DNA of 64,000 bases from a phage, in the sequence record PZ452591.1; one strand, 5' to 3'. Position numbers and translations under genes: made by a program. The notes beneath the pieces were generated by a model that worked only from the letters and a program-made list of their open reading frames with translations, ran no database searches and was not told the DNA's origin. Below, in pieces: positions 1 through 10,984 of this stretch. Position 1 is the stretch's first letter, and every line of letters begins with the position of its first letter.

Positions 1-32
1 AATATATTAAAGCATATTAAAGAGGATTAAAA

Positions 33-2012
33 ATGACTTTATTATCTCCGGGCATTGAGCTCAAAGAAACTACGGTTCAAAGCACCGTGGTTAATAACTC
101 TACTGGTACAGCAGCTTTGGCCGGTAAATTCCAGTGGGGTCCTGCTTTTCAGATTAAACAGGTTACAAACGAAGTAGATTTAGTTAATACTTTTGGTCAA
201 CCAACCGCTGAAACTGCTGACTATTTTATGTCTGCGATGAATTTCTTGCAGTACGGAAATGACTTACGAGTAGTTCGTGCTGTTGATAGAGATACCGCTA
301 AAAACTCATCTCCGATTGCTGGTAATATTGAATACACAATTTCTACCCCAGGTAGTAACTATGCGGTTGGAGATAAAATCACGGTCAAATATGTTTCAGA
401 TGCTATTGAAACTGAAGGTAAAATTACTGAAGTAGACGCAGATGGAAAAATTAAGAAAATTAATATTCCTACTGCAAAAATTATCGCTAAAGCTAAAGAA
501 GTCGGTGAATATCCGGAATTAGGTTCTAACTGGACTGCGGAAATTTCTTCGTCTTCCTCTGGTTTAGCTGCAGTAATAACTCTTGGAAAAATTATTACTG
601 ATTCTGGTATTTTATTAGCTGAAATTGAAAATGCTGAAGCTGCTATGACAGCGGTTGACTTTCAAGCAAATCTTAAAAAATACGGAATTCCAGGAGTAGT
701 AGCGCTTTATCCAGGCGAATTAGGCGATAAAATTGAAATTGAAATCGTATCTAAAGCTGACTATGCAAAAGGAGCTTCTGCATTACTCCCAATTTATCCG
801 GGCGGTGGTACTCGCGCATCTACTGCTAAAGCAGTGTTTGGATATGGACCACAAACTGATTCACAATACGCTATTATAGTTCGTCGTAATGATGCTATTG
901 TTCAAAGCGTTGTTCTTTCAACTAAGCGTGGTGAAAAAGATATTTACGATAGTAACATCTATATCGATGACTTTTTCGCAAAAGGTGGTTCAGAATATAT
1001 TTTTGCAACTGCACAAAACTGGCCAGAAGGCTTCTCTGGAATTTTAACTCTGTCTGGTGGATTATCATCAAATGCTGAAGTAACAGCAGGAGATTTGATG
1101 GAAGCTTGGGACTTCTTTGCTGACCGTGAATCCGTTGATGTTCAACTGTTTATTGCGGGTTCTTGTGCCGGTGAATCTTTAGAAACAGCATCTACTGTCC
1201 AAAAACATGTTGTTTCAATCGGGGATGCTCGCCAAGATTGCTTAGTATTGTGCTCTCCTCCGCGTGAAACTGTAGTTGGAATTCCTGTAACTCGTGCTGT
1301 TGATAACTTAGTCAATTGGAGAACTGCAGCAGGTTCATACACTGATAATAACTTTAATATCAGTTCAACCTACGCAGCAATTGATGGTAACTACAAGTAT
1401 CAGTATGACAAATATAATGATGTGAATCGTTGGGTTCCATTAGCAGCTGATATTGCTGGTTTATGCGCAAGAACTGATAACGTATCTCAGACTTGGATGT
1501 CACCAGCTGGTTATAATCGTGGCCAAATTTTGAACGTTATTAAACTGGCTATTGAAACTCGCCAGGCTCAGCGCGACCGTTTATACCAAGAAGCTATCAA
1601 CCCGGTAACCGGTACAGGTGGTGATGGTTACGTATTGTATGGTGATAAAACAGCTACTTCTGTTCCTTCTCCATTTGATCGTATTAACGTTCGTCGTCTG
1701 TTTAATATGTTGAAAACGAATATCGGACGTAGTTCAAAATATCGTTTGTTCGAATTAAACAACGCGTTTACTCGTTCATCATTCCGCACAGAAACTGCCC
1801 AGTACTTGCAGGGAATTAAAGCTCTCGGTGGAATTTATGAATATCGTGTAGTTTGCGATACAACAAATAACACTCCGTCAGTAATTGATAGAAATGAGTT
1901 TGTTGCAACATTCTACATCCAACCGGCCAGAAGCATTAACTACATTACCTTAAACTTCGTAGCAACTGCTACTGGTGCAGATTTCGATGAGTTAACTGGT
2001 CTTGCAGGTTAA
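33..2012 (+). CDS. 18: Tail sheath protein gp18 (659 aa)
   Basis: Full-length ORF; N-terminus MTLLSPGIELKETT and length match remembered T4 gp18; position upstream of tail tube gene. Confidence 0.95.
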   Translation: MTLLSPGIELKETTVQSTVVNNSTGTAALAGKFQWGPAFQIKQVTNEVDLVNTFGQPTAETADYFMSAMNFLQYGNDLRVVRAVDRDTAKNSSPIAGNIEYTISTPGSNYAVGDKITVKYVSDAIETEGKITEVDADGKIKKINIPTAKIIAKAKEVGEYPELGSNWTAEISSSSSGLAAVITLGKIITDSGILLAEIENAEAAMTAVDFQANLKKYGIPGVVALYPGELGDKIEIEIVSKADYAKGASALLPIYPGGGTRASTAKAVFGYGPQTDSQYAIIVRRNDAIVQSVVLSTKRGEKDIYDSNIYIDDFFAKGGSEYIFATAQNWPEGFSGILTLSGGLSSNAEVTAGDLMEAWDFFADRESVDVQLFIAGSCAGESLETASTVQKHVVSIGDARQDCLVLCSPPRETVVGIPVTRAVDNLVNWRTAAGSYTDNNFNISSTYAAIDGNYKYQYDKYNDVNRWVPLAADIAGLCARTDNVSQTWMSPAGYNRGQILNVIKLAIETRQAQRDRLYQEAINPVTGTGGDGYVLYGDKTATSVPSPFDRINVRRLFNMLKTNIGRSSKYRLFELNNAFTRSSFRTETAQYLQGIKALGGIYEYRVVCDTTNNTPSVIDRNEFVATFYIQPARSINYITLNFVATATGADFDELTGLAG

Positions 2013-2028
2013 TACGGTGCATTCTAAA

Positions 2029-2046
2029 GGCCTGTTTCGGCAGGCC
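2029..2046 (+). other. Stem-loop after gene 18 stop, abutting gene 19 late promoter
   Basis: GGCCTG-TTTCGG-CAGGCC; no U-run. Confidence 0.5.
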
Positions 2047-2047
2047 A

Positions 2048-2055
2048 TATAAATA
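2048..2055 (+). promoter_or_regulatory. T4-type late promoter TATAAATA (gene 19), first of two
   Basis: Exact TATAAATA. Confidence 0.65.
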
Positions 2056-2106
2056 CACTATATCCTTAATTCTTTAATTCTATATGCCCTAGGTTAAACA
2101 TAGGGA

Positions 2107-2114
2107 TATAAATA
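2107..2114 (+). promoter_or_regulatory. T4-type late promoter TATAAATA (gene 19), second
   Basis: Exact TATAAATA about 15 bp upstream of start codon. Confidence 0.65.
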
Positions 2115-2128
2115 CTACAGAGGCTAAT

Positions 2129-2620
2129 ATGTTTGTAGATGATGTAACACGAGCGTTTGAATCTGGTGATTTTGCTCGACCTAACTTATTCCAAGTAGAA
2201 ATTTCTTATCTTGGACAAAATTTTACGTTCCAATGTAAAGCTACTGCTCTACCAGCTGGTATTGTAGAAAAAATTCCAGTCGGATTTATGAACCGTAAAA
2301 TTAACGTAGCAGGCGATCGTACATTCGATGACTGGACTGTTACAGTAATGAACGATGAAGCTCATGATGCTCGCCAGAAGTTTGTTGATTGGCAAAGCAT
2401 TGCTGCTGGTCAAGGAAACGAAATTACTGGTGGAAAACCTGCAGAGTATAAAAAGAGTGCTATTGTTCGTCAATATGCTCGTGACGCTAAAACAGTAACA
2501 AAAGAAATTGAAATTAAAGGTCTGTGGCCTACTAACGTGGGTGAACTTCAATTAGATTGGGATTCAAACAATGAAATCCAAACATTTGAAGTAACTCTTG
2601 CTCTCGATTATTGGGAATAA
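2129..2620 (+). CDS. 19: Tail tube protein gp19 (163 aa)
   Basis: Length and sequence match T4 gp19; preceded by two TATAAATA late promoter motifs. Confidence 0.95.
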   Translation: MFVDDVTRAFESGDFARPNLFQVEISYLGQNFTFQCKATALPAGIVEKIPVGFMNRKINVAGDRTFDDWTVTVMNDEAHDARQKFVDWQSIAAGQGNEITGGKPAEYKKSAIVRQYARDAKTVTKEIEIKGLWPTNVGELQLDWDSNNEIQTFEVTLALDYWE

Positions 2621-2652
2621 AATGAATGGGGAGAAATCCCCATCCTGCTTAA

Positions 2653-4277
<1,625 letters not shown>

Positions 4278-4278
<1 letters not shown>

Positions 4279-4517
4279 TGGAAGGTTTAATTGAAGCTAT
4301 TAAATCAAACGACCTCGTAGCCGCTCGTAAATTATTTGCTGAAGCCATGGCTGCAAGAACGATTGATTTAATTAAAGAAGAAAAAATCGCTATCGCTCGT
4401 AATTTCTTAATCGAAGGTGAAGAACCTGAAGACGAGGATGATGACGAAGACGAAGATAGTGATGATAAAGACGACAAAAAAGACAAAGACTCTGACGAAG
4501 ACGAGGATGATGAATAA
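4278..4517 (+). CDS. 67: Prohead core protein gp67 (79 aa, acidic Asp/Glu-rich C-terminus)
   Basis: TAATG overlap with gene 20 stop; sequence [13 protein letters not shown] with poly-acidic tail typical of T4 gp67. Confidence 0.9.
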
Positions 4518-4942
4518 TGCTTCTGATCCCTGAAACTCATGAATTAGTTCTCGAGAATGTCGAAGCACTTATTCCTGAAGCACAGGGTCGCTTTGACGAA
4601 TTGTCTTCTGCTTTAAATAAAGACGATATAAATACAATTGTCGAGAATATGCTTGATGATGAAACTGATTTAGCGGTTGCATTAGCTTCTATTAATGAAA
4701 ATATGCCGCTAAATGAATTTATCGTTAAACATGTTTCCGCCCGTGGTGAAATTACTCGCACTAAAGACCGCAAAACGCGTGAACGTAATGCATTTCAAAC
4801 CACTGGGCTGTCTAAAGCAAAACGTAGACAAATTGCCCGTAAAGCTACCAAAACGAAGATTGCCAATCCAGCAGGTCAATCTCGTGCTCAGCGTAAGCGT
4901 AAAAAAGCTCTTAAACGCCGTAAAGCATTAGGATTAAGCTAA
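4517..4942 (+). CDS. 68: Prohead core protein gp68 (141 aa)
   Basis: TAATG overlap with gene 67; size and position match T4 gene 68. Confidence 0.9.
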
Positions 4943-5580
4943 TGAATGAACCCCAATTACTAATTGAAACTTGGGGTCAACCTGGCGAAATTATTGATGG
5001 CGTGCCAATGCTTGAATCTCATGATGGAAAAGACTTAGGTTTAAAACCGGGTTTATACATCGAAGGAATATTCATGCAAGCGGAAGTCGTCAATAGAAAT
5101 AAACGTCTTTATCCAAAACGTGTATTAGAAAAAGCGGTAAAAGACTATATTAATGAGCAAGTTTTAACTAAACAAGCTCTCGGAGAATTAAATCATCCTC
5201 CACGCGCTAATGTTGACCCGATGCAAGCCGCTATCATTATAGAAGATATGTGGTGGAAAGGAAATGACGTATACGGACGAGCTCGTGTTATTGAAGGTGA
5301 CCATGGTCCTGGAGATAAATTAGCAGCTAATATTCGTGCCGGATGGATTCCAGGAGTTTCTTCTCGTGGATTAGGTTCATTGACTGACACAAATAAAGGT
5401 TATCGTATCGTAAACGAAGGATTCAAATTAACTGTAGGTGTTGACGCAGTATGGGGTCCAAGTGCTCCAGATGCATGGGTAACTCCTAAGGAAATTACCG
5501 AATCACAGACGGCGGAAGCCGATACAAGTGCCGATGACGCCTATATGGCTCTCGCAGAGGCCATGAAAAAAGCGTTATAA
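4942..5580 (+). CDS. 21: Prohead core scaffold protein and protease gp21 (212 aa)
   Basis: Length 212 aa and position between 68 and 22 match T4 gp21. Confidence 0.93.
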   Translation: MNEPQLLIETWGQPGEIIDGVPMLESHDGKDLGLKPGLYIEGIFMQAEVVNRNKRLYPKRVLEKAVKDYINEQVLTKQALGELNHPPRANVDPMQAAIIIEDMWWKGNDVYGRARVIEGDHGPGDKLAANIRAGWIPGVSSRGLGSLTDTNKGYRIVNEGFKLTVGVDAVWGPSAPDAWVTPKEITESQTAEADTSADDAYMALAEAMKKAL

Positions 5581-5610
5581 ATATTATTATCTAAACAACA
5601 GGACTACAAA

Positions 5611-6420
5611 ATGCTTAAAGAACAACTGATTGCCGAAGCGCAGAAAATTGATGCTTCCGTTGCTCTTGATAGTATTTTCGAATCAGTTAATATTTCTCCG
5701 GAAGCAAAAGAAACTTTCGGCACTGTATTCGAAGCTACCGTCAAGCAGCACGCCGTTAAATTAGCTGAATCTCATATCGCTAAAATTGCTGAAAAAGCAG
5801 AAGAAGAAGTAGAAAAAAATAAAGAAGAAGCCGAAGAAAAAGCTGAGAAGAAAATCGCTGAGCAAGCTTCTAAATTCATTGACCATCTTGCAAAAGAATG
5901 GCTCGCTGAAAATAAATTAGCAGTTGATAAAGGCATCAAAGCCGAACTGTTTGAATCCATGCTTGGTGGATTAAAAGAGCTCTTTGTTGAACACAACGTT
6001 GTTGTTCCAGAAGAATCAGTTGATGTTGTAGCTGAAATGGAAGAAGAGCTGCAAGAACATAAAGAAGAATCAGCTCGTCTGTTCGAAGAACTCAATAAGC
6101 GTGACGCATATATCAATTATGTGCAGCGTGAAGTGGCATTGAGCGAAAGTACTAAAGATCTGACTGAGTCTCAAAAAGAAAAAGTCTCTGCTCTGGTCGA
6201 AGGTATGGATTATTCAGATGCATTCTCAAGTAAATTGAGTGCAATCGTAGAAATGGTGAAGAAATCTAATAAAGATGAAAGCACTATTACTGAGAGTATA
6301 AATACTCCTGATACTGAAGCAGCCGGACTGAATTTCGTCACTGAAGCTGTAGAAGATAAATCTGCACAGGGTGCAGAAGATATTGTAAGTGTATATGCGA
6401 AAGTCGCATCTCGTTTCTAA
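5611..6420 (+). CDS. 22: Prohead core scaffold protein gp22 (269 aa)
   Basis: Glu/Lys-rich coiled-coil scaffold protein, 269 aa as in T4; contains the gene 23 late promoter in its 3' end. Confidence 0.93.
   Translation: MLKEQLIAEAQKIDASVALDSIFESVNISPEAKETFGTVFEATVKQHAVKLAESHIAKIAEKAEEEVEKNKEEAEEKAEKKIAEQASKFIDHLAKEWLAENKLAVDKGIKAELFESMLGGLKELFVEHNVVVPEESVDVVAEMEEELQEHKEESARLFEELNKRDAYINYVQREVALSESTKDLTESQKEKVSALVEGMDYSDAFSSKLSAIVEMVKKSNKDESTITESINTPDTEAAGLNFVTEAVEDKSAQGAEDIVSVYAKVASRF
6297..6304 (+). promoter_or_regulatory. T4-type late promoter TATAAATA (gene 23), inside 3' end of gene 22
   Basis: Exact TATAAATA about 135 bp upstream of gene 23. Confidence 0.7.
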
Positions 6421-6438
6421 TTTTAAAGGTTAACACAA

Positions 6439-8004
6439 ATGACTATCAAAACTAAAGCTGAACTTTTGAACAAATGGAAGCCATTACTGGAAGGTGAAGG
6501 TTTACCGGAAATTGCTAATAGCAAACAAGCGATTATCGCTAAAATCTTTGAAAACCAGGAAAAAGATTTCCAGACAGCTCCAGAATATAAAGACGAAAAA
6601 ATTGCTCAGGCATTTGGTTCTTTCTTAACAGAAGCTGAAATCGGTGGTGACCACGGTTACAATGCTACTAACATCGCTGCAGGTCAGACTTCTGGCGCAG
6701 TAACTCAGATTGGCCCAGCTGTTATGGGTATGGTACGTCGTGCTATTCCTAACCTGATTGCTTTCGATATTTGTGGTGTTCAGCCGATGAACAGCCCGAC
6801 TGGCCAGGTATTCGCACTGCGCGCAGTATATGGTAAAGATCCAATCGCTTCCGGTGCTAAAGAAGCATTCCACCCAATGTATGGTCCAGATGCAATGTTC
6901 TCTGGTCAGGGTGCTGCTAAGAAATTCCCAGCTCTGGCTGCTAGCACACAAACCACAGTAGGTGATATCTATACTCACTTCTTCCAGGAAACTGGTACTG
7001 TATATCTGCAAGCTTCTGTTCAAGTAACAATCGATGCTGGTGCGACTGATGCTGCTAAATTAGATGCTGAAATTAAGAAACAAATGGAAGCTGGTGCACT
7101 GGTAGAAATCGCTGAAGGTATGGCTACTTCTATCGCTGAACTCCAGGAAGGTTTCAATGGTTCTACTGATAACCCATGGAATGAAATGGGCTTCCGTATC
7201 GATAAGCAAGTTATCGAAGCTAAATCTCGTCAGCTGAAAGCTGCTTACTCTATCGAATTAGCACAAGACCTCCGCGCTGTTCACGGTATGGATGCTGATG
7301 CTGAACTGTCTGGTATTCTGGCTACAGAAATTATGCTGGAAATCAACCGTGAAGTTGTTGATTGGATTAACTACTCAGCTCAGGTTGGTAAATCTGGTAT
7401 GACCCTGACTCCGGGTTCTAAAGCTGGTGTATTTGACTTCCAGGACCCAATCGATATTCGTGGTGCTCGCTGGGCGGGTGAATCCTTTAAAGCTCTGTTG
7501 TTCCAGATTGACAAAGAAGCAGTTGAAATTGCTCGTCAGACCGGTCGTGGTGAAGGTAACTTCATTATCGCTTCCCGTAACGTAGTTAACGTTCTGGCTT
7601 CAGTTGATACCGGCATTTCTTATGCTGCACAGGGTCTGGCTACCGGCTTTAACACTGATACTACCAAGTCAGTATTTGCCGGTGTTCTGGGTGGTAAATA
7701 CCGCGTATATATCGACCAGTATGCTAAACAGGATTATTTCACTGTAGGTTATAAAGGTCCGAACGAAATGGATGCTGGTATTTACTATGCTCCATATGTA
7801 GCTCTGACTCCGCTGCGTGGTTCCGATCCGAAGAACTTCCAACCGGTAATGGGATTCAAAACTCGTTACGGTATCGGTATCAACCCATTTGCAGAATCCG
7901 CTGCTCAGGCTCCGGCTTCTCGCATCCAGAGCGGTATGCCTTCTATTCTGAATAGCCTTGGTAAAAACGCTTACTTCCGCCGTGTATATGTTAAAGGTAT
8001 CTAA
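6439..8004 (+). CDS. 23: Major capsid protein gp23 (521 aa)
   Basis: N-terminus MTIKTKAELLNKWKPLLEGEG and length 521 aa match T4 gp23; high-expression codon usage; strong terminator follows. Confidence 0.97.
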   Translation: MTIKTKAELLNKWKPLLEGEGLPEIANSKQAIIAKIFENQEKDFQTAPEYKDEKIAQAFGSFLTEAEIGGDHGYNATNIAAGQTSGAVTQIGPAVMGMVRRAIPNLIAFDICGVQPMNSPTGQVFALRAVYGKDPIASGAKEAFHPMYGPDAMFSGQGAAKKFPALAASTQTTVGDIYTHFFQETGTVYLQASVQVTIDAGATDAAKLDAEIKKQMEAGALVEIAEGMATSIAELQEGFNGSTDNPWNEMGFRIDKQVIEAKSRQLKAAYSIELAQDLRAVHGMDADAELSGILATEIMLEINREVVDWINYSAQVGKSGMTLTPGSKAGVFDFQDPIDIRGARWAGESFKALLFQIDKEAVEIARQTGRGEGNFIIASRNVVNVLASVDTGISYAAQGLATGFNTDTTKSVFAGVLGGKYRVYIDQYAKQDYFTVGYKGPNEMDAGIYYAPYVALTPLRGSDPKNFQPVMGFKTRYGIGINPFAESAAQAPASRIQSGMPSILNSLGKNAYFRRVYVKGI

Positions 8005-8017
8005 TCTTTGACGATTT

Positions 8018-8049
8018 AAGGGACCTTCGGGTCCCTTTAGTTGTTTTTA
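8018..8049 (+). terminator. Rho-independent terminator after gene 23
   Basis: GGGACC-TTCG-GGTCCC hairpin followed by T-rich run. Confidence 0.8.
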
Positions 8050-8052
8050 TGG

Positions 8053-8060
8053 TATAAATA
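8053..8060 (+). promoter_or_regulatory. T4-type late promoter TATAAATA (gene 24)
   Basis: Exact motif directly after gene 23 terminator. Confidence 0.7.
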
Positions 8061-8087
8061 AATCATATAAACCAAAAGGAAAGCGCA

Positions 8088-9371
8088 ATGGCTAAAATCA
8101 ACGAACTTCTGCGCGAATCAACCACAACGAATAGCAACTCAATCGGTCGCCCAAATCTCGTTGCTTTGACTCGCGCTACCACTAAATTAATATATTCTGA
8201 CATTGTAGCAACGCAAAGAACTAATCAACCTGTTGCTGCTTTTTATGGTATCAAATACCTTAACCCAGACAATGAATTTACATTTAAAACTGGTGCTACT
8301 TACGCTGGCGAAGCTGGATATGTAGACCGAGAACAAATCACAGAATTAACAGAAGAGTCTAAATTAACTCTCAATAAAGGCGATTTATTCAAATATAATA
8401 ATATCGTTTATAAAGTATTAGAAGATACTCCATTTGCTGATATTGAAGAAAGCGACTTAGAGTTAGCTCTTCAGATTGCAATCGTTCTTTTAAAGGTTCG
8501 TCTATTTTCTGACGCAGCGTCAACAAGCAAATTTGAAAGCTCTGATAGCGAAATTGCGGATGCTAGATTCCAGATTAATAAATGGCAAACCGCAGTTAAA
8601 TCTCGCAAACTTAAAACTGGTATCACAGTTGAATTAGCACAAGATTTAGAAGCAAATGGATTCGATGCTCCTAATTTCTTGGAAGATTTGCTTGCAACTG
8701 AAATGGCAGATGAAATCAATAAAGACATTCTGCAGTCTTTGATTACAGTGTCAAAACGCTATAAAGTTACAGGAATTACTGATAACGGATTCATCGATTT
8801 GAGTTATGCATCTGCACCTGAAGCTGGTCGTTCATTATATCGAATGGTATGTGAAATGGTTTCGCATATCCAAAAAGAATCAACTTATACAGCAACGTTC
8901 TGTGTTGCTTCAGCCCGTGCCGCTGCGATTCTTGCTGCATCAGGTTGGTTAAAACATAAACCAGAAGATGACAAATATCTTTCACAAAATGCCTATGGGT
9001 TCTTAGCTAATGGTTTACCACTTTATTGCGATACTAACAGCCCATTAGATTATGTAATCGTTGGCGTAGTAGAAAATATCGGTGAAAAAGAAATTGTTGG
9101 ATCAATTTTCTATGCTCCGTATACAGAAGGTCTTGACTTAGATGACCCTGAACATGTAGGTGCATTTAAAGTTGTTGTTGATCCAGAAAGCTTACAACCA
9201 TCTATCGGTTTATTAGTTAGATATGCTTTATCAGCAAATCCTTATACTGTAGCAAAAGATGAAAAAGAAGCAAGAATAATTGACGGTGGAGACATGGATA
9301 AAATGGCAGGTCGTTCAGATTTGTCTGTTTTATTAGGTGTTAAATTACCAAAAATTATTATTGATGAATAA
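8088..9371 (+). CDS. 24: Capsid vertex protein gp24 (427 aa)
   Basis: gp23 paralog of 427 aa directly after gene 23 terminator and late promoter; no segD between 23 and 24. Confidence 0.95.
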   Translation: MAKINELLRESTTTNSNSIGRPNLVALTRATTKLIYSDIVATQRTNQPVAAFYGIKYLNPDNEFTFKTGATYAGEAGYVDREQITELTEESKLTLNKGDLFKYNNIVYKVLEDTPFADIEESDLELALQIAIVLLKVRLFSDAASTSKFESSDSEIADARFQINKWQTAVKSRKLKTGITVELAQDLEANGFDAPNFLEDLLATEMADEINKDILQSLITVSKRYKVTGITDNGFIDLSYASAPEAGRSLYRMVCEMVSHIQKESTYTATFCVASARAAAILAASGWLKHKPEDDKYLSQNAYGFLANGLPLYCDTNSPLDYVIVGVVENIGEKEIVGSIFYAPYTEGLDLDDPEHVGAFKVVVDPESLQPSIGLLVRYALSANPYTVAKDEKEARIIDGGDMDKMAGRSDLSVLLGVKLPKIIIDE

Positions 9372-9374
9372 AGC

Positions 9375-9402
9375 AAAGGGACCTTTCGGTCCCTTTTTAT
9401 TT
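9375..9402. terminator. Bidirectional rho-independent terminator between gene 24 and rnlB
   Basis: GGGACC-TTTC-GGTCCC hairpin flanked by A-run and T-run. Confidence 0.8.
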
Positions 9403-10405
9403 AGCTCACCAACTCAATCCAAGCTGGACGAAGTACATCTTGCACCATTTTAACTAATTCCTTTTTAATCAAAGAAGGATTATCTGCTTGAGTTAGAGTA
9501 ATACCTTCACGAGAAGTTTCTTCCAAAATATCTTGAACAGTTAGCCCCATCACCTTTCCAAAATCCTTTGGACCAATTTCGCCAATTTTAGAAATAACGT
9601 TATTTACTCGGTTCAGTGTAACGTAACAAGCTAAAATTCCCACCAATTTGTTATCAGCTTCTGATAGTTCAACTTTAGCTTTAATAGGCTTATCAGACTT
9701 TTTCTTTTCACTAAATTTGGAATTCTTGCATTTAATTGCTACACGATTTCCATTATGAAGCCAAGAAGGATAACAAGGTTTCAATACATATCCTTCAGCA
9801 GTAAATACTTCGCCTTTTGCTTCGGCATTCCAAACGCATTTATTTGCATCAACTAATCCAGCATGGTCTACTGTAAAATTATAATCTTGGACGACAGAAT
9901 CTAAATCATTTGGCAATTTAATAAGCTCTTCAAATTTACCGCGACCTAAAAGTGGAGCCATTTTAAATTTAAATGTATTGCAGAATGATTCCATCATATA
10001 ATCGTCGACATAAGTCACATCGCCACTTTCTGTAGTAACAATAATGTCAAATACATAAAAATCTTTATCACCATAATCGACATTCTTCTGAATGCCAGGT
10101 CCAGCGAATTCGCCAAAGACTTGATAAGATACAACCGCTGAGGTTTCCATAATATCTTGTACTGCTTTAATGGAATCAGCGTAATTCTTTAGAATAATTT
10201 CATACCCAAAGAAGTCTTCAGCGGGAAGAATCGGTCCAGTACGTTTAGCACAAGTTACTTTATCACGCTCAATAATCAATGAGAAATTTGTGCCATGAAT
10301 CTTTTCACGAGCTACCCATTCGCCGCCAGTCAATCCCAAGCTATAAAGTTTTTCAATAAATTTAGAGTTGTAATGATTTTCAAGACTGCTATACTTTTTA
10401 AACAT
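9401..10405 (-). CDS. rnlB: RNA ligase 2 (Rnl2, 334 aa)
   Basis: Matches T4 Rnl2 including nucleotidyltransferase motif I KIHGTN (catalytic lysine); 334 aa. Confidence 0.93.
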   Translation of the reverse strand: MFKKYSSLENHYNSKFIEKLYSLGLTGGEWVAREKIHGTNFSLIIERDKVTCAKRTGPILPAEDFFGYEIILKNYADSIKAVQDIMETSAVVSYQVFGEFAGPGIQKNVDYGDKDFYVFDIIVTTESGDVTYVDDYMMESFCNTFKFKMAPLLGRGKFEELIKLPNDLDSVVQDYNFTVDHAGLVDANKCVWNAEAKGEVFTAEGYVLKPCYPSWLHNGNRVAIKCKNSKFSEKKKSDKPIKAKVELSEADNKLVGILACYVTLNRVNNVISKIGEIGPKDFGKVMGLTVQDILEETSREGITLTQADNPSLIKKELVKMVQDVLRPAWIELVS

Positions 10406-10414
10406 AATTAATCC

Positions 10415-10693
10415 TCAAAATGTAATTTCTAACCAATCACCATCACGCTGATCACTATTGACTTTAAAGCTGAATCCTTCTTTTCTCAGCCAATCACCAA
10501 TTTCTTCAGTAATCAATTTATCACGAGCAATACAATAATAATTAAAATGTGTTTTACCTTGTTCAGCTGCTTTATTAGCAAGTTCCGAAAAATCTTTAAT
10601 AAAACACTCTAGCTTAAACTGTTTACTTTTGAATGCTTTTTCGCGTAATTGATTAGCAAAAGATTCATTTTCATAAAGATCATACTGTTCCAT
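10415..10693 (-). CDS. Hypothetical protein (positional equivalent of T4 24.2)
   Basis: 92-aa ORF with ATG start, synteny with T4. Confidence 0.7.
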   Translation of the reverse strand: MEQYDLYENESFANQLREKAFKSKQFKLECFIKDFSELANKAAEQGKTHFNYYCIARDKLITEEIGDWLRKEGFSFKVNSDQRDGDWLEITF

Positions 10694-10895
10694 TTTTCAC
10701 CTTTTTATTGATATGTCTTTTTCTATAGACAACTTTTTCTCGAGTTTCAAATTTATTCTTAGCAGTCATAGCTCGAGCCCATAATACAGCCACTTCTTTT
10801 GCCTGTAAGTTTAATTCACGAGCAATTTCAATGAATGACTTTCCAGACTCATGAAGAGTAAACACCACAACCTCAGTTCTCATAATCAATCTCAT
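10680..10895 (-). CDS. Hypothetical small protein with helix-turn-helix-like segment (positional equivalent of T4 24.3)
   Basis: 71-aa ORF; segment GKSFIEIARELNLQAKEVAVLWARA resembles a sigma-region-4/LuxR-type HTH. Confidence 0.6.
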   Translation of the reverse strand: MRLIMRTEVVVFTLHESGKSFIEIARELNLQAKEVAVLWARAMTAKNKFETREKVVYRKRHINKKVKNGTV

Positions 10896-10944
10896 GTTAT
10901 CGAGTTGGTGCCATTATATACATCATTTTCTGATTGTGTTTTGC

Positions 10945-10980
10945 GTGCTTTCAAAATGAAGAAAGGGGCCGAAGCCCCTT
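10945..10980 (-). terminator. Terminator after hoc
   Basis: GGGGC-CGAA-GCCCC hairpin, T-rich on minus strand. Confidence 0.65.
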
Positions 10981-10984
10981 ATGA

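Noticed and set aside
1142-1342. 66-aa minus-strand ORF inside gene 18
   Set aside because: Entirely embedded antisense within a well-supported full-length structural gene; no SD; typical spurious antisense ORF
2249-2551. 100-aa minus-strand ORF inside gene 19
   Set aside because: Antisense to tail tube gene, low-complexity composition, no start context
5772-6116. 114-aa Ser-rich minus-strand ORF inside gene 22
   Set aside because: Antisense of the Glu/Lys-rich scaffold gene; compositional artefact
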